A program made the translations under genes and the position numbers. A DNA stretch of 64,000 nt, taken from positions 154,714 through 218,713 of the forward strand of contig NZ_JAWKMW010000006.1 in the NCBI RefSeq assembly GCF_041392085.1. The letters run 5' to 3'. This document shows, in pieces, positions 9,452 to 19,592 of the stretch (its first letter is position 1; each line of letters opens with the position of its first letter). The stretch comes from Flavobacterium sp. GTDB taxonomy: Bacteria; Bacteroidota; Bacteroidia; Flavobacteriales; Flavobacteriaceae. The notes under the pieces are model-generated. The model saw only the letters and a program-made list of their open reading frames with translations. It was not told the origin of the DNA and made no database searches.

Positions 9452-10665
9452 TGAAAAAACTAAACTTAACACATTGGATTAAAATATCATTATTTAGTTT
9501 ATTTGTTGTTGCTTTTTTGGGTGTTTTAATGCGTTATAAAATTGCTTTTGAATTGCCCTTTCTTGCCCAAAAAAATATTCAACATGCTCATTCACATTTT
9601 GCATTTGCCGGATGGGTTACGCAATTGTTAATGGTGTTGATGGTTCGCTATTTATCTCTTTATACTTCAGAATCAATAATTTCAAAATACAATATTTTAT
9701 TCCGGATTAATATAATTGGAGCCTATATAATGTTAATCAGTTTCATCATACAAGGATATGGTTTTGTTTCCATTCTGTTTTCAACCTTGAGTATTTTTGT
9801 CTTTGTTTGGTTTGCCATTTTGTTTTACAAAGACGCAAAAGAAATTCCGTCAAGTTCATGGAGCAAAAAATGGTTTTTGGCTGCATTGTATTTTGGAGTT
9901 CTTTCTTCTATTGGGACTTTTGCTTTGGCATATATGATGGCTACTAAAAATGTGCCACAAGATTTATATTTATCGTCTATTTACTTCTATCTGCATTTTC
10001 AATACAACGGTTGGTTTTGGTTTGCTTGCACGGGATTGTTTGTCAGTTTAATTCCTGCTGATTTAAAGAATACCAAAGAAAACAAAACGGTTTTTCAATT
10101 ATTTGCTTGGAGTTGTATTCCTGCCTATTTGTTATCGGTTTTATGGTTAAAACTACCGGCTTGGGTTTACGCACTCGCAGTAATTTCTGCTGTAATTCAA
10201 TTGATTGCATGGTTTAAATTAGTAAAATTATCATTTACAATTTTTAAATTAAACCCTCGCATCGCTGGATTTTTAAAAATTCTCTTTATTGGAATTGCCT
10301 TTTGCGTAACACTAAAATTAGTATTACAATTCGGTTCTGTTTTTCCGGCTATCAGTAAATTAGCTTTTGGATTCAGACCCATTGTGATTGCTTATCTTCA
10401 TTTAGTTCTATTAGCAATCATTAGCGGATTTTTGTTAGCCTATCTATATACCAATGATTTGGTATATCGAACTTCAAAAACAGTATTTTTTTTAGTACTT
10501 TTTATTGTAGGAATATTTTTAAACGAGTTAATTTTAGCTCTTCAAGGAATCTTTTCCATTAAATATGTGCTTATTCCTTATGCTAATGAGTTGCTATTTA
10601 TAGTATCAATTATTCTTTTTACTGGAATTTTCGGAATGGTGTACTTTAATAGAAAAAAAGTCTAA
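9451..10665 (+). CDS. Polytopic membrane protein with conserved His motifs (NnrS-like or heme-copper oxidase subunit I-like)
   Basis: About 12 TM helices; QHAHSHFAFAGW, YLHFQYNGWF, YLHLVLL. Translationally coupled to the Crp/Fnr gene (TAATG). Confidence 0.6.
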   Translation: MKKLNLTHWIKISLFSLFVVAFLGVLMRYKIAFELPFLAQKNIQHAHSHFAFAGWVTQLLMVLMVRYLSLYTSESIISKYNILFRINIIGAYIMLISFIIQGYGFVSILFSTLSIFVFVWFAILFYKDAKEIPSSSWSKKWFLAALYFGVLSSIGTFALAYMMATKNVPQDLYLSSIYFYLHFQYNGWFWFACTGLFVSLIPADLKNTKENKTVFQLFAWSCIPAYLLSVLWLKLPAWVYALAVISAVIQLIAWFKLVKLSFTIFKLNPRIAGFLKILFIGIAFCVTLKLVLQFGSVFPAISKLAFGFRPIVIAYLHLVLLAIISGFLLAYLYTNDLVYRTSKTVFFLVLFIVGIFLNELILALQGIFSIKYVLIPYANELLFIVSIILFTGIFGMVYFNRKKV

Positions 10666-10680
10666 AAAAAGTACATTCTT

Positions 10681-10724
10681 ATGATTTCACTCATAAAATT
10701 TCTTTGTTAAATATGTGAACTTTG
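10681..10724 (+). promoter_or_regulatory. Fasciclin gene promoter with ATGA-N6-TCAT box
   Basis: ATGAtttcacTCAT 10681-10694, 22 nt, GAACTTTG 10717-10724. Confidence 0.7.
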
Positions 10725-10751
10725 ATTCAGAAATTTTAAAGAAACTTAATT

Positions 10752-11306
10752 ATGAAAAAAACAATTCAACTTCTCTTTATTACCGGGTCTATGCTGGTAT
10801 TAAGTTGTAAAGAGAACAGTGAAACTCCTCAATCTACTGCTCCAGAAAATGGAGTAGACTTAAGTGTAGGACAAGAAGGAGTCGTAGATGAAACCTCTAA
10901 TCCGAATATTGTTCAGGTGGCTTCAGGAAGTAAAGACCATACTACATTGGTTGCTGCAGTTCAAGCTGCCGGCTTAGTTACTTCGTTAAGCAATGCCGGA
11001 CCTTTTACAGTCTTTGCTCCAACCAATGCTGCTTTTGATAAACTTCCTGAAGGAACAGTAGAGGGTTTATTAAAACCGGATAAAAAAGGAGATTTGGAAA
11101 ATATCTTGGGGTATCATACTTACGTTGGTTCTTTAAAAACAGAATATATGCAAGACGGTCAAGAATTTGATATGGTCTTTGGTGGAAAAGTTAAAATTAC
11201 CAAGGAGGGAGATAAAACATTTGTAAATGGCTCAGAAATTGTAGCCAGTATTCCAACCTCTAATGGAATTATTCATGTAATTGGAGACGTTTTATTACCC
11301 AAATAA
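10752..11306 (+). CDS. Fasciclin (FAS1) domain lipoprotein
   Basis: Lipobox VLSC; GPFTVFAPTNAAF and NGIIHVIGDVLLP (FAS1 H1 and H2 motifs). Confidence 0.93.
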   Translation: MKKTIQLLFITGSMLVLSCKENSETPQSTAPENGVDLSVGQEGVVDETSNPNIVQVASGSKDHTTLVAAVQAAGLVTSLSNAGPFTVFAPTNAAFDKLPEGTVEGLLKPDKKGDLENILGYHTYVGSLKTEYMQDGQEFDMVFGGKVKITKEGDKTFVNGSEIVASIPTSNGIIHVIGDVLLPK

Positions 11307-11338
11307 TATACTTATTTTTCTTATTTAATTATTAATTC

Positions 11339-11372
11339 AAAAAAGCGTGATGTGTCGTACTCACGCTTTTTT
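11339..11372. terminator. Bidirectional intrinsic terminator
   Basis: aaaaaagcgtga-loop-tcacgctttttt between convergent genes. Confidence 0.85.
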
Positions 11373-11809
11373 TAAATATTTTTCAAGAAGGTTTCGCCCG
11401 ATTTTAATCCCATCGCAAGTTCTTCCAAACTAGTGGTTTCAAGCATTTGACGCAAATCATTGCGAATAGTTTTAAATTTTTGATGTAACGGACAAGGATG
11501 TATTTCATTGCACCTTTTCATTCCTAAACCGCAACTATTAAAAACTTTTTCTCCATCAATGGAATAAACTACTTGAGCTAAATTGATTTTATTAATCAAC
11601 TTAATTGGTATATAAAAACCTCCATTCACACCTCTAACCGATTGAATAATACCCTCTTTAGAGAGTTTTTGTAAAATTTTTGCGGTAAACGCTTCCGGGG
11701 AATCAATTTCTTTTGCGATGTCAACAAATCCAACTTTTCTATTCAACAAAGAATTATTGGCAATAAAAATAACCGCTTTTATAGCGTATTCGCAAGATTT
11801 TGAAAACAT
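11372..11809 (-). CDS. Rrf2 family transcriptional regulator (Fe-S type)
   Basis: MFSKSCEYAIKA, SPEAFTAKILQKL, GVNGGF, C-terminal C-x6-C-x5-CPLH. Confidence 0.92.
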   Translation of the reverse strand: MFSKSCEYAIKAVIFIANNSLLNRKVGFVDIAKEIDSPEAFTAKILQKLSKEGIIQSVRGVNGGFYIPIKLINKINLAQVVYSIDGEKVFNSCGLGMKRCNEIHPCPLHQKFKTIRNDLRQMLETTSLEELAMGLKSGETFLKNI

Positions 11810-11993
11810 AATTTATTTTTTACAATAGTAAATAATTATCCACTAAAATCAAAGAAAGAGGATTATTGAAAATACTTAAAACCTTTAGATTAAACTCAAT
11901 TCTATTCTATTTCCTCCTAAAATTAAAATGACTACCTTTTTAGCAGTCATGTTTAAATTTAACGGGTTAGTAAGAGTAGATTTTTAATTTAAT

Positions 11994-12716
11994 CTAAACA
12001 AAGTTTGCTTGTAATTCAATCGCTTTTGGAAATAAAATATTGTTTTCCAAGTGTATGTGTTTGTGTAAATCTTGCTCAAACTCTTTCAACATTTGAAAGG
12101 CTACTCTGTATGTTGAACAAGCATCTTCCGGAGGTGTAAATCCATCAGTTAAGGTTGCAATCGTTGCAAAACGTTCGCCTTCAACGGTATGCTCGTCTTG
12201 CATCATGGCGATTGGATTTTCAACGGTACCAAAATGAGGTTCTTGAATGGATTGATTTTCTTTTTGAGCTTTCACCATTTTTTGAATAAAAGGGAAAAGA
12301 ATTAATTCTTCTTTTTTCATGTGTTGAGCTAAATCACCGGCACTTAATTTGAATAAAGAATTAATTTCAAAAAGTTCCGGATGACGCTCACCATGCACTT
12401 TGCATAGTTTATCCAAAAATTGTAGTATCAAAGGTGTTTTTTCTTCCACATACGAATGATGTTTTTCAACAATATATTCTATTAGTAAGGAAGGTGACCA
12501 TGATTTAAAATCAATTGCATGATCGCTTTTAGTTTCTAAAATCGCTTGGATTTCATTTTCTAAATCTGTCGGATTGATGTCTTTTTTTGCACAAACTTCT
12601 TCCAAAGTTCTGTTGCCTTTGCAACAAAAATCGATTCCGTATTTAGAAAACAAAGCTGCCGTTCTGAAGTCGTTGGCAACATATTCGCCTACTGTTAATT
12701 GTTCTAATGTATTCAT
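11994..12716 (-). CDS. ric: Iron-sulfur cluster repair di-iron protein
   Basis: GIDFCCKG, EKHH, HMKKEELILFP, HIHLENNILFP. Confidence 0.95.
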   Translation of the reverse strand: MNTLEQLTVGEYVANDFRTAALFSKYGIDFCCKGNRTLEEVCAKKDINPTDLENEIQAILETKSDHAIDFKSWSPSLLIEYIVEKHHSYVEEKTPLILQFLDKLCKVHGERHPELFEINSLFKLSAGDLAQHMKKEELILFPFIQKMVKAQKENQSIQEPHFGTVENPIAMMQDEHTVEGERFATIATLTDGFTPPEDACSTYRVAFQMLKEFEQDLHKHIHLENNILFPKAIELQANFV

Positions 12717-12741
12717 TGAATGTGATTTTTTAATTATACGT

Positions 12742-12785
12742 CAAAGATAAAGTGATACATTTCCTTTGTTTATGACCTCAATCAT
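12742..12785 (-). promoter_or_regulatory. ric promoter with ATGA-N6-TCAT box
   Basis: TATCTTTG (12749-12742), 22 nt, box at 12772-12785. Confidence 0.72.
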
Positions 12786-12813
12786 AATCAACTTATATTT
12801 AACTTTTTTTTAA

Positions 12814-13185
12814 TTATTGTATGGTTTTATACATAATCACATCTGAAATATTTTTCGCTCTATCTTTGATTTCTTCGGCTTTTTCCCCTACAAAAAGTTC
12901 ATCTACCGTTTGTCTGAAAACTTCATTCCAATGATTAAAATGAGCATGGGTTAACGGACATTTGTTGTGCAATTCTTTATGTTTTTGCATTGGATTTCCG
13001 TCAAAGTTTCCGGTAAAAAACAAAACATTATCCCAAAAATCATACATTTTAGGCAAATGATCTTCCCAATTCACTTGGGCAACATCATTAAATATAAAAC
13101 CTATTACTTGATCGGTTTTAATTTTATCATAAAAAGCATCCACTAATCGGATGATGTCACTTCGATTTTTTATATCTTTTCTCAT
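12814..13185 (-). CDS. Group III truncated hemoglobin
   Basis: LVDAFYDKI, WEDHLPKMYDFW, PMQKH, HFNHW. Confidence 0.92.
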   Translation of the reverse strand: MRKDIKNRSDIIRLVDAFYDKIKTDQVIGFIFNDVAQVNWEDHLPKMYDFWDNVLFFTGNFDGNPMQKHKELHNKCPLTHAHFNHWNEVFRQTVDELFVGEKAEEIKDRAKNISDVIMYKTIQ

Positions 13186-13204
13186 CGTACTTTAAATTTG
13201 GTGA

Positions 13205-13972
13205 TTATAAATCTTTTCGGATGAATTTTCGCAAGGATAAATAAAAAGGAATGATTACCCAAAGAAGCAATAACCCGAAGGAAGCAAAAAGTCCTACTGT
13301 TGTTCCGAAAAAATCTTTAAAAATAGCTCCGGTGTAACCCATCATCGCAGAAACATCTAAATGCAATAATATTTGAATTCGGGCTAAATCTATCGGACTT
13401 AACGCTGTTACGGCAACCATAGCCTTTTCAATAGGATATTCAGACAATTGAAACAATAAAAACAATACTAATCCATCAAAAAGTAACGCAAAATACAACC
13501 AGGTTAAGATGGCAAATCCAATACCTTTTGCTTTGTCACGCGTAAGAATGGAACATAAAAAAGCCAACGCAATAAACACAACCGAAATCAAACATCCAAT
13601 TAAAATCATCATCAATCCAACAGCATTCGGGGCATTGATTAACAGTGGAATTCCCGCTCCAATAAAAAAAGCCAATACCATCGAGGCACTCAAACCAAAA
13701 AATAAACTTTGCCAGATTTTGTTTCGTTTAATGGGCTGACTTAATAGTAATTCTATAAACTCGGAACTATTGTATAAATAGATAGTGGTGAATAAAATTG
13801 ACACGAGTGGAACCGTAAATAGAATGACATTTAATATGGTTAAAAGTCCTTTGGCACTATTATCTTCTAAGCCAAAAGCACTCCATGACAACAGACTTAA
13901 AACAATGGTATAAACTAAAACAATTTTGTTTTTTAAGATGTCGGTTAATATGATTTTGATGATTCTATTCAT
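13205..13972 (-). CDS. nosY: Nitrous oxide reductase maturation ABC permease
   Basis: Six-TM permease (ELLLSQPIKR, SPIDLAR) directly after nosF. Confidence 0.9.
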   Translation of the reverse strand: MNRIIKIILTDILKNKIVLVYTIVLSLLSWSAFGLEDNSAKGLLTILNVILFTVPLVSILFTTIYLYNSSEFIELLLSQPIKRNKIWQSLFFGLSASMVLAFFIGAGIPLLINAPNAVGLMMILIGCLISVVFIALAFLCSILTRDKAKGIGFAILTWLYFALLFDGLVLFLLFQLSEYPIEKAMVAVTALSPIDLARIQILLHLDVSAMMGYTGAIFKDFFGTTVGLFASFGLLLLWVIIPFYLSLRKFIRKDL

Positions 13973-14676
13973 TTTTTCTGTTTTAAAATACTTGCAATGG
14001 CTTTGGAGATTTTCGTTTCATTGGTTTCCATTTTCAAATCATCTACTTTTTTATGAAAATGAATGTTTCCCTCTTGCATAAAAACAATCTCGGTGACCAA
14101 ATCGTCTAATTCACTCAATAAATGTGATGTAATTAAAATCAGTTTTCCTTTTTCTTTCTCTTTGATGATTTTATCTTTTAAAATTTCAGCAGCCAACGGA
14201 TCTAAACCGGCTGTTGGTTCATCCAAAATCAGCACGTCAGGATTAAACAAAAAAGCCAACGTTGCACTTACTTTTTGTGTGGTTCCTCCTGAAAGTGTTC
14301 GCATTTGCTTATCCGCCATTTTATCCAACTCAAAACTGTGCCATAATTCTTCATCCAATACCTGATTGGTATTCCGAATGGATTTAATCATTTCAACGAC
14401 ACCTCCAATAGACATAGTATCCGGATATCTTCCAATTTGTGGCATGTAACCAATAGAAGAACGATATAAATACTCTTTTACGATGCTTTTATTATTAAAT
14501 TCAATTGCACCACCATCGGGTAAAACCATTCCTAAAATGGTTTTTATTAAAGTGGTTTTTCCACAACCATTTGGTCCAATCAACGCAATACATTCTCCTT
14601 TTTTACAAGAAAGTGTAACATCATTTAGTACGTTTAACTTTCCGAATTTTTTAGTTATATTTTTTATTTCTATCAT
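13969..14676 (-). CDS. nosF: Nitrous oxide reductase maturation ABC ATPase
   Basis: GPNGCGKT, LSGG, ILDEPTAGLDP; between nosD and nosY. Confidence 0.9.
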   Translation of the reverse strand: MIEIKNITKKFGKLNVLNDVTLSCKKGECIALIGPNGCGKTTLIKTILGMVLPDGGAIEFNNKSIVKEYLYRSSIGYMPQIGRYPDTMSIGGVVEMIKSIRNTNQVLDEELWHSFELDKMADKQMRTLSGGTTQKVSATLAFLFNPDVLILDEPTAGLDPLAAEILKDKIIKEKEKGKLILITSHLLSELDDLVTEIVFMQEGNIHFHKKVDDLKMETNETKISKAIASILKQKK

Positions 14677-15899
14677 AATTTCAGGGGCTTCATCAATGGA
14701 GAATTGTCTACAAAATTATCGGGGGTTATACTGGGTAATACTTTTTCGGATTTGTCTAACAATGTAATCATGAAACTACGAAACAGTAACATAGCCGAAG
14801 GATTTTTTTCAACCAAAACCGCAAATAAACTGAGTGGGTGATAAGGAACATCGCCCAATCCATCTTTATTAATGTCATAACCTTCGTATTTATCCCAATA
14901 ATTATTGTTAAACGTATTTAAAACTAAACTTCCATTGGTTCCCATGTCGAAAGTATTGCCTTGAAAATTATTGTTTACAATTTCATTATCCATGCAACTT
15001 GCTTGAATTTTCATGGCCCAACCATTACCTTCAAAAACATTTTTTTCAATTTTGATACGGTTGGTTCCTTCCATGTAAATACCTGAAGTGTTGTTTTTAA
15101 AATAATTGGTATAGATATAACTATCTGAAATCTCTTTTAATAAAAGTCCGTACGAAGAAGCTCCCCAATTTTCATCAAAGTAATTATTTATCATGGTCAC
15201 ATCTTTTGAAAACATGACGGCTACTCCTGCACCATTGTTTCTGAAAATATTAGTGATGTACGAATCATTGGAGGAGAACATAAAATGTAACCCATACCGA
15301 ATATTATTAGTTGCGATATTTCGCCAAATAACCGAATCATGAACAAATTCAAAATAGATACCGTCACGATGACCTTTGACAGAGTTTCCAATAATTTGTA
15401 AATCATTACTTTTCCATGCATGAATACCGTTTCCGATTTGTTGTTCTTCTTTGCCGTAAGCAATAATCGTGTTGTTTTTAACAATACAGTTTCTTCCGTT
15501 TTGGATGTAAATACCAAAGAAATTATCATCCAATTGATTTCCTTCTATAACCACAAACGATTTATTGTACACTTTAATTCCGCAAGGATCTTCTAAAGCT
15601 GCAAATCCGGAATTAATTACTCTAAATCCTTTCACAATCACACTATCCGCATGAATCGAGAGGACTTCTACTTTTTTCTGTCCGTCTAAAACCGGAAAAT
15701 CTTTTCCCAGGAAAACAATTTTCTTATCAATACGAATGTTTCCTTCTTTGTAAATACCTTTATGAACCAAAACTGTATCGCCATCATTTGATGCATTCAA
15801 TGCTTGTTTGATGGTTCTGTACGGTTTGTTTGCTCCAACTTCAAGTTTTTGAGCTTGTAGCGAAAAAGTACAAAGAAAGAAAATGAAAAGTAGTCGCAT
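14673..15899 (-). CDS. nosD: Nitrous oxide reductase maturation protein
   Basis: Parallel beta-helix repeats; RDGIYF, RYGLHFMFS, NYWDKYEGYD. Confidence 0.93.
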   Translation of the reverse strand: MRLLFIFFLCTFSLQAQKLEVGANKPYRTIKQALNASNDGDTVLVHKGIYKEGNIRIDKKIVFLGKDFPVLDGQKKVEVLSIHADSVIVKGFRVINSGFAALEDPCGIKVYNKSFVVIEGNQLDDNFFGIYIQNGRNCIVKNNTIIAYGKEEQQIGNGIHAWKSNDLQIIGNSVKGHRDGIYFEFVHDSVIWRNIATNNIRYGLHFMFSSNDSYITNIFRNNGAGVAVMFSKDVTMINNYFDENWGASSYGLLLKEISDSYIYTNYFKNNTSGIYMEGTNRIKIEKNVFEGNGWAMKIQASCMDNEIVNNNFQGNTFDMGTNGSLVLNTFNNNYWDKYEGYDINKDGLGDVPYHPLSLFAVLVEKNPSAMLLFRSFMITLLDKSEKVLPSITPDNFVDNSPLMKPLKL

Positions 15900-15910
15900 T
15901 AATAGAGTTT

Positions 15911-16918
15911 TTATTTTAAAATTTCATTCCATTTAATTGCTTTTGCTTTTAGTTTATCACCAAAAATTTGAGCGTCAGCCTGTGTTGAAAATGCAGCAAT
16001 GTTGCCATTCATGGGACTATTGATGTCACCTCCAGAAATGTAAAAGGCAGTTGTGGCATCAATCAGTTGATTATTTTGAGTGTAGTCATGCACGTAATAA
16101 CTTTTGACCTTTGTAGATTCATTTTCTTCACAGTATTTTACTAAACAAGAAATGTCATCGAATGCATAAAAACGTCCCTTTTGGGTTTGAATCTCAGCAC
16201 CATATTTTCCGTCAGAAATGGGCATTTTACAAAATTCACAAGCATCCACATTTAATTTAATAGGTTTGGGCTCATTACTTCCACAAGCCGTTAGTAAAAA
16301 AACAGGAATTAGTAATAAGGCAGCTTTTGGTTTCATAAACCTTTTGTACCATTTGAATTCCAATGTCAGCACAATAAAAATTAACAAACCACTACCAATT
16401 AACATCCATCCGCCAATATCCGGAACCGAATAGGCACCAAAATTTAATAATTGTTTATACCCAATTAATGGTGGTTGATAAGACATTCCGGGAACTTTAA
16501 TCGCTGCATTAGGATCCAAGTTGTGGCCGTATTCGTAGTTCCATCGATAAAAATCGACACCTGCGAGAATGGTAAAAAGTATAAAAGAAGCAAATAATGC
16601 TAATACAAATTTTCTCTTGGCAATCAAAACCGATACTAAGGCAAAAAGTCCAAAAAAACCAATAATGTAGGGTAGAATTTTAAACTCTATAAAGTTTTCG
16701 GTATGTAAAGTAGCCATACCAATGTAATGGTTGAGGCCGTTAATAATTTCTACATCACCACCAATTTTGTTTGCATACAATTTTAAATTTAAACCTTCAG
16801 GATATTGAGGGGCATCTAAATCAATCTGCCACATTGGAAAATAGAGCGAACCCAAAAACAAACCAGTTACAATCAAAAGTAACACTTTTGAGAGTAAAGA
16901 TATTTTTACTGTTTTCAT
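15911..16918 (-). CDS. nosL: NosB-like membrane domain fused to NosL copper chaperone
   Basis: N-terminal APQYPEGL, NHYIGM, YGHNLDP, GMSYQPP (clade II NosB); C-terminal CEFCKM, FDDISC, SPMNG (NosL). Confidence 0.88.
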   Translation of the reverse strand: MKTVKISLLSKVLLLIVTGLFLGSLYFPMWQIDLDAPQYPEGLNLKLYANKIGGDVEIINGLNHYIGMATLHTENFIEFKILPYIIGFFGLFALVSVLIAKRKFVLALFASFILFTILAGVDFYRWNYEYGHNLDPNAAIKVPGMSYQPPLIGYKQLLNFGAYSVPDIGGWMLIGSGLLIFIVLTLEFKWYKRFMKPKAALLLIPVFLLTACGSNEPKPIKLNVDACEFCKMPISDGKYGAEIQTQKGRFYAFDDISCLVKYCEENESTKVKSYYVHDYTQNNQLIDATTAFYISGGDINSPMNGNIAAFSTQADAQIFGDKLKAKAIKWNEILK

Positions 16919-16930
16919 ATTTTTTGAATT

Positions 16931-16960
16931 AAGGGAGCGTCCAGAAACAGATGCTCCCTT
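16931..16960 (-). terminator. Stem-loop directly after nosZ
   Basis: aagggagcgtc-cagaaaca-gatgctccctt; no long U tract, so probably mRNA stabiliser or partial terminator. Confidence 0.6.
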
Positions 16961-16967
16961 TGAGTTA

Positions 16968-18965
16968 TTATTTACTAGCCGGTAAGTTTGTACCTAAGCT
17001 AAACTGTAAAGGTACATTTGAACCTTTTGGAGATATACGAATATACCCTTGCATTTCTTGATGTAACGCACTACAGAAGTCCGTACAATAGAATGGGAAT
17101 GTTCCCACTCTGTCCGGAACCCATTTTAAGGTTGTGGTTTCACCCGGCATGATTAAAAGTTCGCCATTATCGGCACCTTTAACAGCAAATCCGTGAGGTA
17201 CATCCCAATCTTGTTCTAAATTGGTTACGTGGAAATATACTTCATCACCTAAGAATACACCTTCAATATTATCGGGAGCAAAGTGCGAACGCATCGAAGT
17301 CATGTATACATGTACTTTATTACCTTCACGAACTACTTTAGCTTCTTTTTCACCTTTGGCGGCATATGGATGTTTGTTATCCTCAAGCTTATAGAATTTC
17401 AATTGTCCGTTGTTTCGAATTAAATCGGCTGGAGCAGCTTGAGCATAATGAGGCTCTCCAATAGTTGGAAAATCTAAAATCAACTGCATTTTATCACCGC
17501 TGATATCATATATTTGAGCACTTTGGCACAATTCGGGTCCGGTTGGTAAATAGCGGTCTTTTGTAATTTTGTTGTAAGCCACTAAATACTTTCCAAAAGG
17601 CTTTTTACTATCACCTCCGGGAACACATAAGTGACCTACTGAATAATAAGTTGGAACTCTATCTAACACTTCAAGTGTCTTAATATCCCATTTCACTACT
17701 TCCGAAGAAACAAACATGGTTGTATAAGCATTTCCTTTACCGTCAAATTCGGTATGTAATGGTCCTAAGCCTGGTTTTTGAACTTCACCATGTAAAACAT
17801 CTTCATATTTTAATACTGGAATTCCTCCATAATCGCCTTCATATGATTTATTACTAATAGCTTTTTGCAACTTGTCATAGCTAAATACGGGTATCAAAGC
17901 GGCTAATTTCCCTGAACCGATAATGTATTCTCCTGTTGGATCCACATCACAGCCATGAGGAGATTTTGGACAAGGAATCATATAACAAATATCTTTTAAC
18001 TCTGAGGCATCCAATACTAAAACTTCTGTTTTAATTTCAGATTTTGCTGAATGGGTAGCTTCATCCCAAGTGTTATGGGCATAACGAACTTTTTGTTTTT
18101 TACCTTTACCGGCTTTTACATATTCCTCGGCTTTTTTCCAGTTTACCGCCATGATAAAATCTTTATCTCTTTGAGAAGCGTTTACTTCTAACAAAGTATT
18201 AGCTTGTTCAGAATTATAACATGAAAAGAAAAACCAACCGTGAGATTTACCTTTACCGGCATGCGATAAGTCAAAGTTTACACCGGGCGTCATAATTTGA
18301 AACGCGATATCCATCTCACCCTCTTTACCCACTTTTACAAAACTAATATGTCCTTTGTAATTGTCTTTGTAAGTGTTAATTGGTACATCTCCATTTTCAT
18401 AATCACCAGGTACGCTAAAACGAGTACCCGCAACAACATATTCAGTATTTTCCGTAATAAATGGAGAAGAGTGATTACCACCACTGTTTGGTAACTCAAT
18501 AATTTCAGCGGTTTTAAATGTTTTCAAATCAATTCGAGCAATTCGAGGCGTATTGTTGGCATTACCAAAAACCCATCTACCATCTATTTCTCCATTAGTT
18601 TGAGACATTTCAGTATGATGCAAATCATCCCAAGGCACAAAACCATGTGACGTATTTAACATCGGTTTGGTTTCTTCACTATATCCCCAACCTTTTTCAG
18701 GGTCAACTGAAAAAACAGGAATTACTCTAAACAATCTTCCACTCGGAAGTCCGTACACACTTAATTGCCCGCTGAAACCTCCGGAAACAAAGTTGTAAAA
18801 TTCGTCGTATTTACCTGGAGCTACATAGGCTTTTTGAGCGGCATCACCACTTACTGTATCACTAGTGTTTTTGGGTTTACACGATCCCATAAAAGCAGAA
18901 ACTAAAACTACAGCTGAAGTAATTTTTAAAAAATTTGTTTTCATATACTTTCGATTTATATTCAT
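16968..18965 (-). CDS. nosZ: Sec-dependent (clade II) nitrous oxide reductase, predicted lipoprotein
   Basis: No twin-Arg; MGSC lipobox; CuZ His motifs DLHH, GNH, SPHG, PLH, VGH, EPH; CuA CTDFCSALHQEM. Start may be 18944. Confidence 0.97.
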   Translation of the reverse strand: MNINRKYMKTNFLKITSAVVLVSAFMGSCKPKNTSDTVSGDAAQKAYVAPGKYDEFYNFVSGGFSGQLSVYGLPSGRLFRVIPVFSVDPEKGWGYSEETKPMLNTSHGFVPWDDLHHTEMSQTNGEIDGRWVFGNANNTPRIARIDLKTFKTAEIIELPNSGGNHSSPFITENTEYVVAGTRFSVPGDYENGDVPINTYKDNYKGHISFVKVGKEGEMDIAFQIMTPGVNFDLSHAGKGKSHGWFFFSCYNSEQANTLLEVNASQRDKDFIMAVNWKKAEEYVKAGKGKKQKVRYAHNTWDEATHSAKSEIKTEVLVLDASELKDICYMIPCPKSPHGCDVDPTGEYIIGSGKLAALIPVFSYDKLQKAISNKSYEGDYGGIPVLKYEDVLHGEVQKPGLGPLHTEFDGKGNAYTTMFVSSEVVKWDIKTLEVLDRVPTYYSVGHLCVPGGDSKKPFGKYLVAYNKITKDRYLPTGPELCQSAQIYDISGDKMQLILDFPTIGEPHYAQAAPADLIRNNGQLKFYKLEDNKHPYAAKGEKEAKVVREGNKVHVYMTSMRSHFAPDNIEGVFLGDEVYFHVTNLEQDWDVPHGFAVKGADNGELLIMPGETTTLKWVPDRVGTFPFYCTDFCSALHQEMQGYIRISPKGSNVPLQFSLGTNLPASK

Positions 18966-18981
18966 TATTAATTTATTAAAA

Positions 18982-19470
18982 CTACTTCACACCGTCATTT
19001 TGACGCATGTATTCCAAAATATGTCGGGCTTCATCATCGGTTAGAGCTTGATTAGGCATACGCACCAAACATAGTTCCAATTGAGCCTGTAATTCAGGAT
19101 CTTTGTCAATCATTGGGTCGGGATTGGTAGCGAAATTCATAATCCAAACAGGAGTTCTACGCTCGGTAACCCCCTTCCAACCAGGCCCTACCAAACGTTC
19201 ATCTGTCAATTTGTGGCAAGACATACATTTTACGCCTGCTGCTTTTTCTCCCTCTGCAGCCATCGCCACATCTAGGCCGGTTCCCAAATCTACAGTTGTA
19301 AATTTCCCTTCGCCACGTTTTGGATCATAAGTAGAAGCATCTGATGAAGACGATTCTGTTGAAGATTCTGATGAAGAAGACTTTGAAAAATCCTCTCCTG
19401 CATTGGTTTTATCTTTTCCACATGAAATGAATAAAAGCAAACCAATTGCTAGTGCATACATTTTGTTCAT
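18982..19470 (-). CDS. Monoheme cytochrome c lipoprotein of the nos cluster
   Basis: Lipobox FISC, Ser-rich linker, CMSCH, VGP, distal Met RMPN. Confidence 0.9.
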   Translation of the reverse strand: MNKMYALAIGLLLFISCGKDKTNAGEDFSKSSSSESSTESSSSDASTYDPKRGEGKFTTVDLGTGLDVAMAAEGEKAAGVKCMSCHKLTDERLVGPGWKGVTERRTPVWIMNFATNPDPMIDKDPELQAQLELCLVRMPNQALTDDEARHILEYMRQNDGVK

Positions 19471-19496
19471 AATTAGTATAAGTTTAAATTATGATA

Positions 19497-19571
19497 CAAA
19501 TTTCCTGACTAATTATTCTAAATTTTATGATTGCAATCATACAAATCATCTTTTTTTAACCATTATCTTTG
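19497..19571. promoter_or_regulatory. Divergent promoters sharing a perfect TATGATTGCAATCATA palindrome
   Basis: Core box 19527-19540; GAAATTTG (19504-19497, minus) 22 nt away; TATCTTTG (19564-19571, plus) 23 nt away. Confidence 0.75.
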
Positions 19572-19592
19572 CGTCATAAATAATAGATTATT

